From NCBI GenBank assembly GCA_043228905.1, contig JBHGNT010000002.1, positions 5,084,001-5,148,000 of the forward strand: a stretch of 64,000 nt of DNA. Direction: 5' to 3'. The notes under the pieces are model-generated. The model saw nothing but the letters and a program-made list of their open reading frames with translations, had not been told where the DNA came from and did no database searches. The position numbers were made by a program, and so were the translations under genes. This DNA comes from Azolla caroliniana (lineage: Eukaryota; Plantae; Polypodiophyta). Positions 12,087-25,592 of this stretch are shown here, one piece after another. The first letter of the stretch is position 1. Every line of letters begins with the position of its first letter.

Positions 12087-14406
12087 ATTATGCTTCTCAA
12101 GGGGAAATCTTCAATGCGACAACCTAGTCCCAACAAAGCACAATATTTCAAATGGATACAAACCTAGAAATGGTGAATGTCAACCCTTTAGCCATAGGCA
12201 TAACATGTAGATCAAAAGATCAAGGTGTGGATGCCACAAGCTTTGGCCATCATCTGCTTCAACTCGGAAGTAGACACTAGATGATCATATATAATGGCTT
12301 AGCCAAGTGGACGCGCTCGGAAGAGCTCACATGTTTTCGACATGGAGGAGGAGAAAGCACATTTGATTACCTATTAGGACGCCCTGAAGCTACCCACATG
12401 ATTAACTCCTTTTGAGTGGCCCCATGCCTTATTGGTGCCGACCATAGCTTCCTATACTTTGACCTAAAGAGCGACACCTCCAACGCCACCAACCCTACTC
12501 AACCAAACCATCAGACCACAGTACATTTCATGCATGAGCTCTCCGACATCTACTCTTGACATGTTCAAGCCCATCTCTCCTCTCTTGATCCTTCCTTGCC
12601 TTTAGAGGACCTCACTACATAACTCACACACATCATTCACTCAGCAACAATCAATAGCTTCCCATTCACGAAACACTCCAATCACACTAGAATAGGTTCT
12701 ATGCCACAAAACAAGTGGTATGATGAGGATTGTAGAGACTTGTATAAACAACTTAAAGTGTTGCGACTTAGTGGTACTATTTCTTTAATACAAGCTCACA
12801 AAAGAGATGCGCAAGATGACATGTTGTAAAAGACGAGCCTGGGAAGTGTCTCAATCAATTTGGGAGCTCTACCACGTGCTCATGAGTAGGGATTGCGCCC
12901 TTGCATGGAAGAGACTACGGGAACCAAGACCACAAACACCCATCAAGGATCCCAACACTTGGCACGCATATAAAGAGAGACTCTACCACGTCTCGAACCA
13001 ACCACCCATCCCCATGCCCTCCACACCTCAACCTACCATGGGAACACTTTTCACGACCTCTAGGGTCACAAAGGTCATAAAAAAACTACAACATATGAAA
13101 TTCATGGACCACACAGGTTTACGAGCCAAGCACATCATATATGCTCAAGAGTGCCTAACCCTTTTCTCACACAAATCTTTAATTGTGCCCTCGCCGAGGG
13201 TTTTCCACCACAATGGACCATGAACACAATGGCCCCTATACATAAAGGAGGGGACCCAATGGACCCAAATACATATAGGACTATTATGATAGGTCATACA
13301 CTCGCTAAACTATATGGTGTAGTAATGGAAGCAAAGCTCAACGATTATATGGAAACCTTAAGTCTTCGAGCACCTAAGCAAGTTGGTTTTAGACGAGCTT
13401 TCTCCACTATTGACCATATCGTCACACTTAGATGCTTAACTGACTAGATGAAGGCTCGCAAGAAGAAACTATATTGTTGCTTCGTGGACTTCCGCAAAGC
13501 CTTTGACACAGTTCCTAGGGAGCGGTTGTTTGATAGACTCAAAAGCTTAGAGATACCAATTGACATGATCTGGGCCATCTATGCTCTATATGAGCAAGTC
13601 TCTAGATGTGTAAGATGCCCAAAGTGGCCTATCCAATTGCTTCACCATCACCATTGGTGTAAAACAGGGTTGCCCCCTATCACTGACTCTTTTTGGGATC
13701 TACATTGATGAGATCACTGATTTTATTGCTCATAAGGGAGACAATGGAGTAGCCATTGGAGGTACACAAGTTAGTCTCTTACTCTACGCAGATGACATTG
13801 TCTTGCTCTTAGAGTTTGAACATGACCTACAAAAGCATTTTAATGCCCTAGATGACTTTTGCACACAACGAGGACTGGTAGTGAATCTAGCAAAAACTTA
13901 TCATACATTGTCTCGAGTTAGGAGTAAATGTCACCTTATCCTCTCTCATAAACCAATTGAGGTAGTTGGATCATATGTGTACTTGGGAGTAACCTTTAGT
14001 GCTCGTTCAAGTAAATTCTCGATGACCCAAGCAGCCAAAGATAGACTAACGAGAGGGTATGCATCCCTCTCACTCTTAGAGAGACAATGCCACCAAACAT
14101 ACTTTCAAGAGCCACAGACTAAGGGATGGTTCTTTGACTCATTAATGACCCCTTCCCTCATGTATGCATCAGTAGTATGGGCTCCAGGTCTACCATCCTT
14201 TATGTGGATGCAATTAGAGAGACCTCTGGTGATGATGTTATCACGTCAACTCCGAAGCAAATCGATAGTACCACATGACATTATCAGAGCAAAGTTCAGT
14301 TTGTCCCCAATGTTAGTAGAAGCACCCTTCCAAATGGTAGTTTTTATTCATCGGATACATAGCCAACAACAAGATAAGATATCCCGTCAAGGCTTTGAGG
14401 CATCCT

Positions 14407-15120
14407 GGATGAGTCGGATCAACGAGAGGCCAAGGAGACACGGACGCAGCGGAAGTCGATGCCATCGCGGAGGAACTGACGGATCATCAAGCGCCGGAGT
14501 CATAGCAGCGAAGGAGTTGAGATGGGCCAATTGAGCAGACATGCCGAAGATCGAGGCGCGCAGAACCAAAGGGGTCGTGGCAAACGAGACCGGACCGGAC
14601 AAGGAGCGCGAGCAAGGCGAAGCGACGCCAGGAGAAGTCGATTGGAAGAACCAACTGCCACAAAGGTTGACACTACGACCCTACCTCAAGTTGAGTTTGA
14701 GGGGGAGTGTTGAGCGGCAAGCTCAACCGGAGCCGGATCGGCTGAATAAGCCTGAGCCGGTAAGCGAGAGGAATCTGTATACCGGTGAGCAACCGAGCCG
14801 GTAAGCAAGAGGAGCCGGTATGCCGGATCCAACCCGTAATCAGAAGCCTAGTATAGGTTAGACTACTAGGCAGTTATAGTCTCGTAGTTAGTGTCAGATG
14901 CTCGTGTGAGCATTGAAGTACACCGTACTTCTAACAGTCCCGTGTGGACTTGTATAAATAGCGTTGATGAGCGCGTTGTAAAAAATATAGAGCACAGAGT
15001 ATTCATATAATTTTGAAAATCAGTGTGTCTTGCTCTCTCTCTCTCTGTCTCTCTTGCGTACTCTCTCTCTGTCTCTCCTTGTGTATTGTTCTTTCTAACG
15101 CTTCCGCAAGCAATCTTTCA
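14407..15120 (+). mobile_element. 3' fragment of a copia-like LTR element: GC-rich 3' region, PPT and one LTR (14708-15120)
   Basis: TTGAGGGGGAG PPT is followed directly by TGTTGAG (14708). TATAAATA at ~14953, CT-rich U5, end CTTTCA. Same layout as the copia 3' end at 63372-63763. LINE coding resumes on both sides. Confidence 0.75.
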
Positions 15121-15527
15121 CAGTTTGGAGACACTAGCTCTTGGTATAACAGTGTAGTAAGTTGGTTACTTGCAAATGGCATAGACATTAATAACCTACC
15201 TCCCCTTAAGTACAACCATGGGACTGATCAAACTTTAATCTTTCATGAAGACCGCAATTAAGTAATACGCCAAGAAATATGACAAATTTACACCCGATAT
15301 AAATGGATCACCCCACAAGATCCACTCCCATCTAAAATGTTGTACTGTAAGGAACACTTCTTGCACTTCTCTAAGTTAGGTTTTATTACACGACCAAAAT
15401 ATCTAGATACATTTTATCAAATGCACTAAGGTTAGCCATTTGACAACTTAGGTTATCATCTCACCAATTGGAGATTGAGAATGGTTGTGCTAATAGAGTC
15501 CCTGGAGAGGAAAGGCTATGTAGGTTA

Positions 15528-16187
15528 CATAGATTGACATATTCGCATTCGTCGGGTTTACCATTCGAATGCAAACGAATACGAATACGAATGGGCAGTC
15601 AAGTATTCGTTTTAACCCCCCCCAAAAATTAAAAATTAAAAATTAAAAATTCCTAGGATAAAAAGAAAGGAACTTAACAATAAATAGGGATAATAAAAGA
15701 GAACTTTGGGGACTTGACAATTCTAAATTTTTATAATAAATGTATAACTTATAAGTATTCGTTTTATTTTTAATAAATAAATAAAATAAAATAAAGGCTC
15801 ATTAATTTCTCACTTTTTATTTCCTCAAAATTTATGGATATTTTTATCTTAAAATTAAAAATAGTACTTCAAACTAATCATATCTTCAAAGTTCATATTA
15901 ATTAGTAATCATATTTGTATAATAAATTTAAAAATATTCGTTTTTAAACAATCAATTAATTAATTAATTAAAATAAGTTTCATAAACTCTCTTGACATTA
16001 TAATCTATTAATGAATAATTGTTTTTTTTTGGTGAAATACATTTATTTAAATAAATATATAATTTTTTTATATTTATTTCACAAAACGAATGGTTTTTTA
16101 ATATTCTTGGGGCCATTTTGTATTCTCGAATGTGGAGAATATTGCGCATGGAGAATATCACGAATATCACGCATGTGTCAATCTATG
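15528..16187. mobile_element. hAT-type MITE (660 bp), 8-bp TSD, inserted in the LINE C-terminal coding region
   Basis: TIR CATAGATTGACA / TGTCAATCTATG. GTAGGTTA at 15520-15527 and 16188-16195. CGAAT subterminal repeats. Removal restores EERLCRLCHIEIEDEHH. Confidence 0.92.
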
Positions 16188-17724
16188 GTAGGTTATGTCA
16201 CATAGAGATAGAGGACGAGCATCACTTTACATGTAAGTGTCCAACTTATGCCGAGATAAGGGTGAAATACCAAGATATATTAGGACCCTCTCCCACGTGC
16301 TCCAAGATATTAGATACCCCGGATATAAAGAGACTAGGTAGGTATATCTTAGAGCTAAAACAACATAGGGAGAATAAATTACAAAGTGTTAACGATAACC
16401 CATTTAATATCCACCAATATGAAACAAATGTAATTTTTTAGGAACAAGGGGAGACAATAAATGTGGACACACTTACGCCACTCAGCCTCTCTCTTGATGA
16501 AGCGGAAATGCAAAGAACAACCAAACGCCCTCGGATGTTGGGCTTCAAAGCAACTCGACGCGGAGTAGAAATGATTAAGAAGATAAGGGAACGTGAGCTA
16601 TGCCACCTAAAAGCTATGGTTGGGGTACCTCTTACATTGGGACCACAGGCCACATCCACATTGAAACCCTTTGACCTCCTACTTCTTTTCGAGAGACTTG
16701 GATGGAAATGAAACTAAGCCTAGTATAAAGCCATTTCCTTATGGAACATGTTTTTTTACTAGAACCATTTAGCTTAAGCTCTATTTTATTTTATTTTGTT
16801 TTTATTTTTTCTTTCGATGAATGGGTAAATACCCCATTTTTGTTGTAAACCAATTGTCTCATGGGCCAATTTTTCTTTCTTTCTTTCTCACAAATCATTG
16901 AGGAACCCCGTCTTTAGAATGTTTTCTATCATTTATTGATGCTTTATTATTGTCTTTCTCTCCTTCTCTTGGGTTTGTGCAAACCCATCACCTAATACCT
17001 CATCAAAATAATAATAGTCGTGGGTGCATTCACAAAAAGGTCAACTATTTGGTAGGATGATGCTCTTTATGAACAAGTAGTTGTTTGAGAGAACCAGATA
17101 ACCAAACCTATGACGCTTTTTAAAAAACACTACCCCTGTTTTTTTAATGTTTGAGAAATACAAACATTTTCTCAGAACAAAACTCCCTATAGTTAAATCA
17201 TTTTACAAAATTGGTGTGAATTATTCTCATTCCAATAAATAGCCACCTTTAAATTGAAAGTCATGTCTACATGAACGAACACTAGTTTTTTCCATTGAGC
17301 ATAAAGTTGCAATAGAGTAGTAACTAGTGGTCGTGCATGACTTTACTCTATACCATCGTAGTGTGTATGTAGTAGCATGGTCTTTGTTGGGAAATAGAGG
17401 CCCCAACCTGTAACCCATTATACCAATTGACCCTAGGCCTTTTCTCCATAAAATGGTCACCCACATCACGAATGATGTTCGTATTGTGCTCGATTGAGTG
17501 TCATATACCATCCAATGGCCTTTATCTCTCTACAATATCCATGTTGAAAAACTTGAAAAATGCATAGAAATGCAGAGAGGTGTAGTAGTTCCGACAAGTA
17601 AATTGGTGTGATGACATACGTGCTTCTTGTATTGAAAGTTGGTGTTGTAGGATTACATTTCCGAGGAAGGGAGAGAGTATGGGAGGGAAATGGTCTTAGT
17701 CTTTAGAGATTCTCTCATAAAATT

Positions 17725-18202
17725 TTAAAAACAAAAAACAAAAAATAGAAATAAAAGAAAATAAAAACCCCAAAAAAAGAAAAGAAAAGAAAAGAAAAAC
17801 CAAAAAAGAAAAGAAAAGCAAAAGCAAAAGCAAAAACAAAAGGGCAAAAGCAAAAAAACAAAAAATAGAAATGAAAGAAAATAAAAACCAAAAACCAAAA
17901 AATAGAAATAAAAGAAAAGAAAAACCCAAAAACAAAAAATAGAAATAAAATAAAATAAAAAGCAAAACAAAAAAGAAAAGCAAAAACAAAAGGCAAAAGG
18001 CAAAAGCAAAAAACGAAAAGCAAAATAAAATTAAAATTAAAATTATCTCTACATATAAGAAGACACTCCAAACACTTTCTTCTTTTTCTTCTCTACGCAC
18101 ACAGAAATGACAGAGCAGAAACAGAGCAAAATAGAAAATAAATAAATAAATAAATAAATAATACAAAAAAGGAAAAGAAAATAAAATAAAAATAGAAAAA
18201 AT
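17725..18202 (+). repeat. A-rich low-complexity tract with a duplicated TATA/5'UTR module upstream of the HIG1 gene
   Basis: ~480 bp of mostly AAAAG/AAAAC/AAAAT. TCTCTACATATAAGAAGAC...ACGCACACAGAAATG occurs at ~18045 and ~18204. Confidence 0.85.
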
Positions 18203-18264
18203 ATCTCTACATATAAGAAGACCTCAAAAACACTTTTGTTCTTCGTCTCTTACGCACACAGAAA

Positions 18265-20305
18265 ATGGCAGACCAGACACAGAGCACCATGGATGGCATC
18301 ACACAGTGGATTTCTGACCATAAGCTTCGATCCGTAGGTAAAATCTATTCTGAATATCTCTTTTTCATTCATGCATACCTGTTTTTCTATCTCCCCCCTC
18401 CCATGTTTTACAGATAAATTGATTTGAGTGAATTAGAGGTTCTCATTGATGATTCTGGAAAAGATAAAACAGTGGTATTTTATTTGTTTACTTGGACTTG
18501 CCTCCAATTTTTTTCCATTACGATTCTTTAGGTATGTTATGGGCCTCTGGATTGACTGCGTCTCTCGCGTACAATTGGTCCAGACCTCACATGAAAACTA
18601 GTGTCAAGTTAATGCATGCCAGGTACCATTTTTGAACTATCTACTCCTCTTACATTTTTGGATTCATAGGCATTTGTTTTTTATGCCAAATTTAGATTCA
18701 TAGAAATGTGTTTTGTAGTTATAGATTTGTGTTCTAAATTCATAAATATGTGTTTTGGATTCATAGGCATTTTTTTGGATTCACAGAGACATATTTTGTG
18801 GATTCATATACATGTATTTTGGAATCATTCGTGGACTCACAGACATTTGTTTTACGTTCATGCTTGCCTACATGTTCTGTGATGTTTTCCATGATAGATC
18901 TAAGATATGGTGGCTTAATGATAGGTATGACATAGTGCTTATGATGTCAAAAGAAGGTCATGAATACGCACATGAAACTTACATTTGGTGGCTGCATGTC
19001 AAAGAAAAGCATAAACAACATGAAATTTGTAATGCATGTTTCAGATGTTTTACCATGATGGACATAAGCATAGTGGTTATAATGTTAAAAGAAAGACATA
19101 AATAGACATAAAGTTGGATATGCGTAGAGGCTATGATAGATATCAAAAGAAAGGTATAACATATATTTTGATGTGTATTGTGGAGGCGTGTGTAAGTTTT
19201 CCCATTGGCATAAACAAGATGAAATTTTGATATGCATGGTGGCTGTGTGTTTGTGATGTTTTTTCATGATATGATTTCACAGGAAAGGCATCAATGCCAT
19301 GCAAACTGATATGCATGTTATATGTTTGTTGTATTTTCCATGATGGATATAACATAGTGCTTATGAATTCAGTCAGAAAAGGCATAAACACCTTATGCAT
19401 GGTTGGTATGTTTCTGATTTTTACTTATGGAGTCCAAATAACAGCACAAATACCATGAAGTTTGTGTGATATACAATGTTTCTCATGGTTGGTATAACGT
19501 TGTGCTTATGAGGTCAAATAAAAAACCAGCAATCAATCACTAATTGATGATGAGAAGGTCTTCAATCTTTGCATTTATACACCATCCTTCACGGGGAATA
19601 AATTGACTATCTCAAATGTAAACCTTATTTGTATATTATTTGTTTGTGATGCGAAAAGAAAGGCATAAAAAGCATGAAACTAGTTATGTTAAGGCTTCAA
19701 TTGCTGCAGTTTTATAACCTAACCTAGCAGAAAGGAATTACCCTCCCCAAACATGGACCTTATTTGGATGTGTCCATATACATATATCTTAGAAGATATG
19801 AACACTATCCAAATAGCATATGTAGATGGTACTTATTTAATGATGTATGGACATAATGTTTATGATATGTCAAAAGGCATAAACAAGAAGAAATTAATGA
19901 GAACAATTCGATCCATGCCTTTACAGCATAATACCAGTAGGAAACAAATTGACTTCCCTAAACATTAATCATACTTGGAAGCTAGTTTTGTTTGTCATTG
20001 TAAGAGGAAATCGATAAATACTATCTACCTTAAAAACAATATAACCTCAATAATGAACATATCCTTATTCCTCAGTGAATAAATGACATTATGTTTGATT
20101 ATGGTTGATGTCAAAATTTTACTTTGTTTTGTTTTGTTTTTTATCATGAAAGTGACATTTCTTTGTTTCTTTTAGGTTACATTCACAAGCTTTGACTCTC
20201 GCAGCCCTTGCAGGGGCTGCAGCTGTGGAATACTATGAACACAAGACAGGGCAAAAAGCCAAGAAATATGAACGGCATTTCGAGTTTCCTGTGGACGAAA
20301 GCTAG
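18265..20305 (+). CDS. HIG1-domain (hypoxia-induced, Rcf1/HIGD-like) mitochondrial membrane protein, 97 aa; exons 18265-18337, 18532-18622, 20176-20305
   Basis: Spliced translation MADQTQSTMDGITQWISDHKLRSVGMLWASGLTASLAYNWSRPHMKTSVKLMHARLHSQALTLAALAGAAAVEYYEHKTG...* carries the plant HIG1 signature KTSVK.IHARLH.QALTLAAL. Canonical GT-AG sites. Missed by the ORF track. Confidence 0.93.
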
Positions 20306-21763
20306 ATATATTGTAGTTCTTTCTACACATACACACACAAAACCACAGAGTTAGTAATACCAATTTTTTCTTTCAAAAGCTATTCTTCCTATTATTTGCT
20401 GTAGTGCTTTTTTGTTTTTAATATCTTTTGAGGATTCAAATCAAATATTGAATATGCTAATGTTTTCATGTAATAAGTTGGATAATCTGTCTAGCAATGT
20501 GATATAAATAAATACTCAACTCATCCATACTTGTCCATATTTGATGACTTATTGTATGGTAGAGTTGGCATTTATCACAACTTTTTGGAGAACTCGATAA
20601 CATTTTCATCTAAAATTACAAAGAATGCAACTTCCTTCAATTTGATTCAAAATTGTTGTATTCTTACTGGTATGGATTTCCTCTTAGGTGACTCTTTATT
20701 CTGACAATCCATATAGACATTATATGGATTGTCTATTCACTCTTGAATTTGACCATTTTGAAATTTTAAGATTTTGATAGTCTAATTTATCAAACTTAGA
20801 GAAGACTTTCATTGTAAAGAAATCTGAGTTAAATTTATGAACACTGACATTGTTTTGAATCTTAAAATCTTACCTTGTTTTGAAGCATGTTTATTATTAG
20901 TGAATGCAACCAAGTTTCATGAATAACTACTCTTTTGATTTTCTCTCATTTGTTCTTCGTAATGATAGAATTAGTCTCTCATTATTAGCACTATATTTGG
21001 TTGCTTTGTTAGAAGAAGGCTCAAAATTTAATACAATTATGAAAAAAACTATCACTCTACAAAGAAATGAGATAAAAAGAGACATTGTGGCATGTACTAA
21101 AGAATGCTTCTTGTGGATGATGACTATTGAACCTTCATCTAGTCCATGGTGTATTCATTGATATGCACTTCTTTTGGTCTCCTCCCTCTTCTCTATAGAT
21201 GGTTTACAAGATTGGCTGCATTACACTTTGTTATGTCACACATTATTTTGCATATGTTGCACTAAATTATAAAACCATGTTCTTTGTTAGGGCAAAGTGT
21301 ACTTCATACATTGTAAGTTCATTCATTTGTCCACCATTCATACCATTTTATGTATGAGTTAGCTCACATTCTCTTTGACTCTGGATGGGGTGTTGGGGCA
21401 CAAAAGGTAGAACTATGCATATATTTTCACAAAATTTAAAGAGTTTTGTGTCTCACATTTTTATACATTGTCCTACCATATATCGATTCTGACTTTGTTT
21501 TCGATGCATTGGGCAATGCAAGTCATTCTTTCATAGTCATACGAGCTCTATCAATTGCCATGTTCATCAATAACATTCTTTAAGCATTGGGAATTGTTAT
21601 ACCCATAGATGAAAAATGTTTCAATTTTGGTCTCATAGTTTATATATATCACCTTCAATGACAAAATCAATCTCTCTCTCTCTTCTTGTAATTAGCTTAC
21701 CTTAGTGGCAAGTTGTTAACACTACAAGCACTGCGTCTTGGGTTTGAAACCCAATTTTCTCAC

Positions 21764-21810
<47 letters not shown>

Positions 21811-22899
21811 ACATTTGACCTTGAAGTTTATGTTGTAGCATCCATAAGTTCAGTTGGAAAAGAGTTTGAAAATGTCTTGAAGTACTTTCTTCTTGATGTC
21901 AAGGTACAAATGCCACACATTCTCCTACTTTTTGAGGTTGGATCACTTCTCATTGACATTATGGATATAGAAAGAGTTATTGAGAACATACTTTAGGCGA
22001 AAAAATAACCCTTATATTGAAGTTCTAGACTAACATATAGAACAAGTGAAAAACTCAAAACACATGCAAAAGTAAAATTTTGAGTTTCAAATGGATGTAA
22101 GATATCTAGAAACAACTTGGATGATGAGATGCATTACACCTTGTTTCATGATGAGTCAATAGATTCTTTTGCGAATGAGATTTTTTTGCAAGGTTAATGC
22201 ATCATGGCTTGGAAAATATGTGAAGGCTTGTGTTTCACATTTTTCCAAAATCACACTCAATACATGCATGTTTAGAGCCCATCCCTTCATCTACCATCCG
22301 CATTGTTGCTTTCATATGTTTTAATTCACATGGACTATGCAAGAAAACACAATCATTGACTATTCATATTTTACCATTAATTTGTTAGTCTAAGTATCAA
22401 ATTTGATACAATGTGCCACCTTCAATCACATTTGAGTTTGCTTTCCACACACTACGATTTTGGTCTATTAATTACACACATTTATCTTGCAATGCCAAAG
22501 TGCACTCTCAATTTCAACACTCATTACTCAAATTTAGATTGAACATCAAGAGTTACCACTTAACTTCACATATACTATCTCAAAATGTTTCAATTTTGCT
22601 TGTTAGGACATATTTGCCATTAGAATAATAATAATCTATGTGTGTGAAGATGATGTTAGAAAATGTATGCAAGCTTGGTTAGAAATAAATGAGCCCTTAA
22701 ACAAGATTGAACTAAAGGAAGCATTGAAGGAGGAAAAAATGGATACAATGAGGTAAGATAAGAGTGAAATGAAAAATGCATGCACAACAACATTGTGGGC
22801 CAATGTATGTGTTGGTGATGATGTTTGACTATATTATTATGCATGTGATGAATCAAGGAAAGAATGTAGAATGTATGAATGTCCAAGAATTTAAAGAAT

Positions 22900-24855
22900 G
22901 TGAGTGGAGTTTAAAGAACATTGTCATCTTTGGGATTAAAATGGAGAGTATGGAAACACCACGAATCCTTCATGAAGATCATTAGTGAATTATTTAGTAT
23001 GCATTATGACTCGGATTATCATTCTTGAAAATAGATGGGTTTACCTCATAGGTACACAATACTTTGTGAGTGAGGGTTGTAGTTTCTTACTACAAAATGC
23101 ACATTGTAAAGCATATAAAGAAAAGTTGAAAGATAAGGTTAAGGATGTGCCCAAAGATGAATAAATAAACAAATAGGGGCACATGACCAATGGGACTAAC
23201 TCCCGTCTTCTATGACTATGTTTTTGAAATTGCAATAGATACCCATGAAATGTGGAATTTGGCATAGAGGAGGTGACCAATGAAGCGTGGTACTCGAGGA
23301 TTCAAGGTTTGGGCAACTACAATGTGCACTCCTTGATATGGGTGAAAATTCCGAGACAATGAAGAGTCTAAGGATAGGTGACATGTTTGATTAAGAAGGA
23401 ATTGGAGAAATATTTGTCGATCATAAAAAATGATGAACATAATGTTGTAAAATACCAAATGGTATGCCCACTTTTGTAGTCGGATGCCTCATTCTTAAAC
23501 AAGATTCTAACTTTTATGCTTATTTGGGTAATAGATCAACCCTTTGCCAATCAATGGGATGATATTTCTTATTTAAAAGCCAAGGGAGATCAAGTGATTA
23601 TCCTTGGTGAGATGAATGCACATACAAAAAGTTTCTAAGTTAACAAACAACAATCATTCATGCCATATATCTGAGTGAGACAAGATGATGCAAATGTATA
23701 ATTGCTCTTTTATGGATGAAAAGGATTCAAATTAATTTTGGACGTTACTCCTACAAATTTGCAATAGTACTAGAATGCTTATTGCAAATGGTGTATGCTT
23801 ATAACATAACATTAATGATTTTACATGTAGAAAACACAATAGAATTTGTGATTGACTACTTGCTACTTTTTGAAAGTATTTTGGAATGCATGCACAAATT
23901 TTGACCTAGTGAACAAATATCGGGATCTGATCATAGGACTTCAATGAAAAGGTTTTGAGTGTGAGAAGGTCATTGACAATATCAAACAACTATATTTGAG
24001 CATAAACATGAAACGAGCACTTGTAATATTCCATGGTGGTTGAGGATATGTTACAAATGATAAAGATACAACATGGTGCATCAATAGAATGAAAAGGGGA
24101 AAATTTTTGGCCCAAGCACAAACAAATGCTTTTCGAGCCAAGCACCTATCTTTTAAAGGCATCAAGCAATTTGGTTCTAAGAAAAAATGGTTTTACAAGT
24201 AATGCCATGAAGCTTGAAAGGGCTTATTAGTTTGGATGTGGCGAAGATAAGTGAAATGATCAAAAACATTTGCATGAGTACAAACAATTTATTTAAAGAA
24301 ACAGAAGAATATAGAAATTATGCATTGTAAAATACTGTAAACAACTATCGAACTATCATACTCGACTCACTTATGGAAAAACTATGTGGTAAGAGAGGTT
24401 ATGGACAAACTTATGTTTGAAAACATGATAGCACCATAATGCATGCACTAAAAAAATGCCATAATAATAATACACTTTCCACCGTAGGTGTGGATTCTAT
24501 TGGACCCATGTTTGGCAAAGAAACGCATACCATATATACAAACAATATGGTGGAGTTGAAGCTAATGATATCCCAATGTCACTTGCTCTTCACATGCTCG
24601 CCATATAGTGCAATTCGTTCAAGATATGTTGACATACTAAGAGGGAGTGATAACATAAGATCCATACTTAAGACACCACCTAGAAGGTTGAGCTCATATG
24701 TGTATGCTTTATTAACACATAGAGACTTTGTGCTTCAACATATGAATACCCCTTCTTAGGAAGGAGACATATATCAAGAACACATGTATACTCTGGTCCC
24801 ATAGGTCAAATTTGGCCTCTTTATGGACGATAAAAATTCTAATTCTAATTCTAAC
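22900..24855 (+). mobile_element. Highly decayed LINE remnants ending in an RTE-type 3' end with (ATTCTA)n tail
   Basis: Endonuclease-like VIILGEMNAHT at ~23594. HLLFTCSPYSAIRSRY...LSSYVYALLTHR (24580-24759). Tail ATTCTAATTCTAATTCTAA at ~24836-24854. Probably more than one element. Confidence 0.6.
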
Positions 24856-25592
24856 ACATTTTTATCGATCCAACAAATATCACATGGTTTAGAGTTCGGA
24901 ATTGCCTTTACTCGATGATTAGGGCATTGCATTTTCGCTCTGAGCTAATTTCAAATTGAGTAGTATTTGTATTGAGTTGGGAACGGTGTGAGGGGAGCTA
25001 TTTCTCAAAAAACTCTTCACTTTTCCCCCTTTCTAACAATACTTACTACTACTGGCTCACCTGCAAAACTGTTTTGATCTTACAAAACATGTCCTAGTAC
25101 ACATCTTCCATGTTTTTTCCACATTTTTTATCCAACTTTTATATCATTCTCTCAATTTTTTGGTCTTCTACTCAAGAAGAAACCAAATTGATCCCACCCA
25201 AAACACAATCCCATCAAATATAAATCTGTGCAATTGCTTATAAGGCATTGATTTTCATATGTTTTTATCCAACTTTTACATAAGATGTGCAGAACCTCCC
25301 ACTAAGACATTTTTCATGGTTGTGATGTTCAGCAAATCGGTTTTTTCTTTGATCTTCTGCTCAGACTTTGTCTTACTTTTCAATCTCAGTAAATGTTTGT
25401 GAAAGAAGTGTTGATCGAGGCCTCATGGAACTTCCTCGAGTCCATCACACTATATTTTTTCCTTTGTTTACTATGACCTCGTTGCAATCACTGATAGCAG
25501 AAAACTCCTGGAAATGTTGTGACAACCCATGACCAGTTATTCCTTTACATACAGCCAACCATTTCTTTTATAATCCCACAAAAATCAAATTC

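Larger units (their letters stand above)
12095..17020 (+). mobile_element. Degenerate RTE-type LINE (endonuclease remnant, RT, C-terminal Cys/His motif) interrupted by a copia fragment and a hAT MITE
   Basis: RT motifs PIHKGGDPMDPNTYRTIMIG, GFRRAFSTIDHI, LYCCFVDFRKAFDTVPR and LLYADDIV (13778-13801). C-terminal RLCHIEIEDEHHFTCKCP. Multiple stops and frameshifts. AATAATAAT near 17007. Boundaries are approximate. Confidence 0.85.

Noticed and set aside
17696-18166. Phe/Leu-rich membrane-protein ORFs on the minus strand
   Set aside because: These are translations of the A-rich low-complexity tract, which is open in all three frames.
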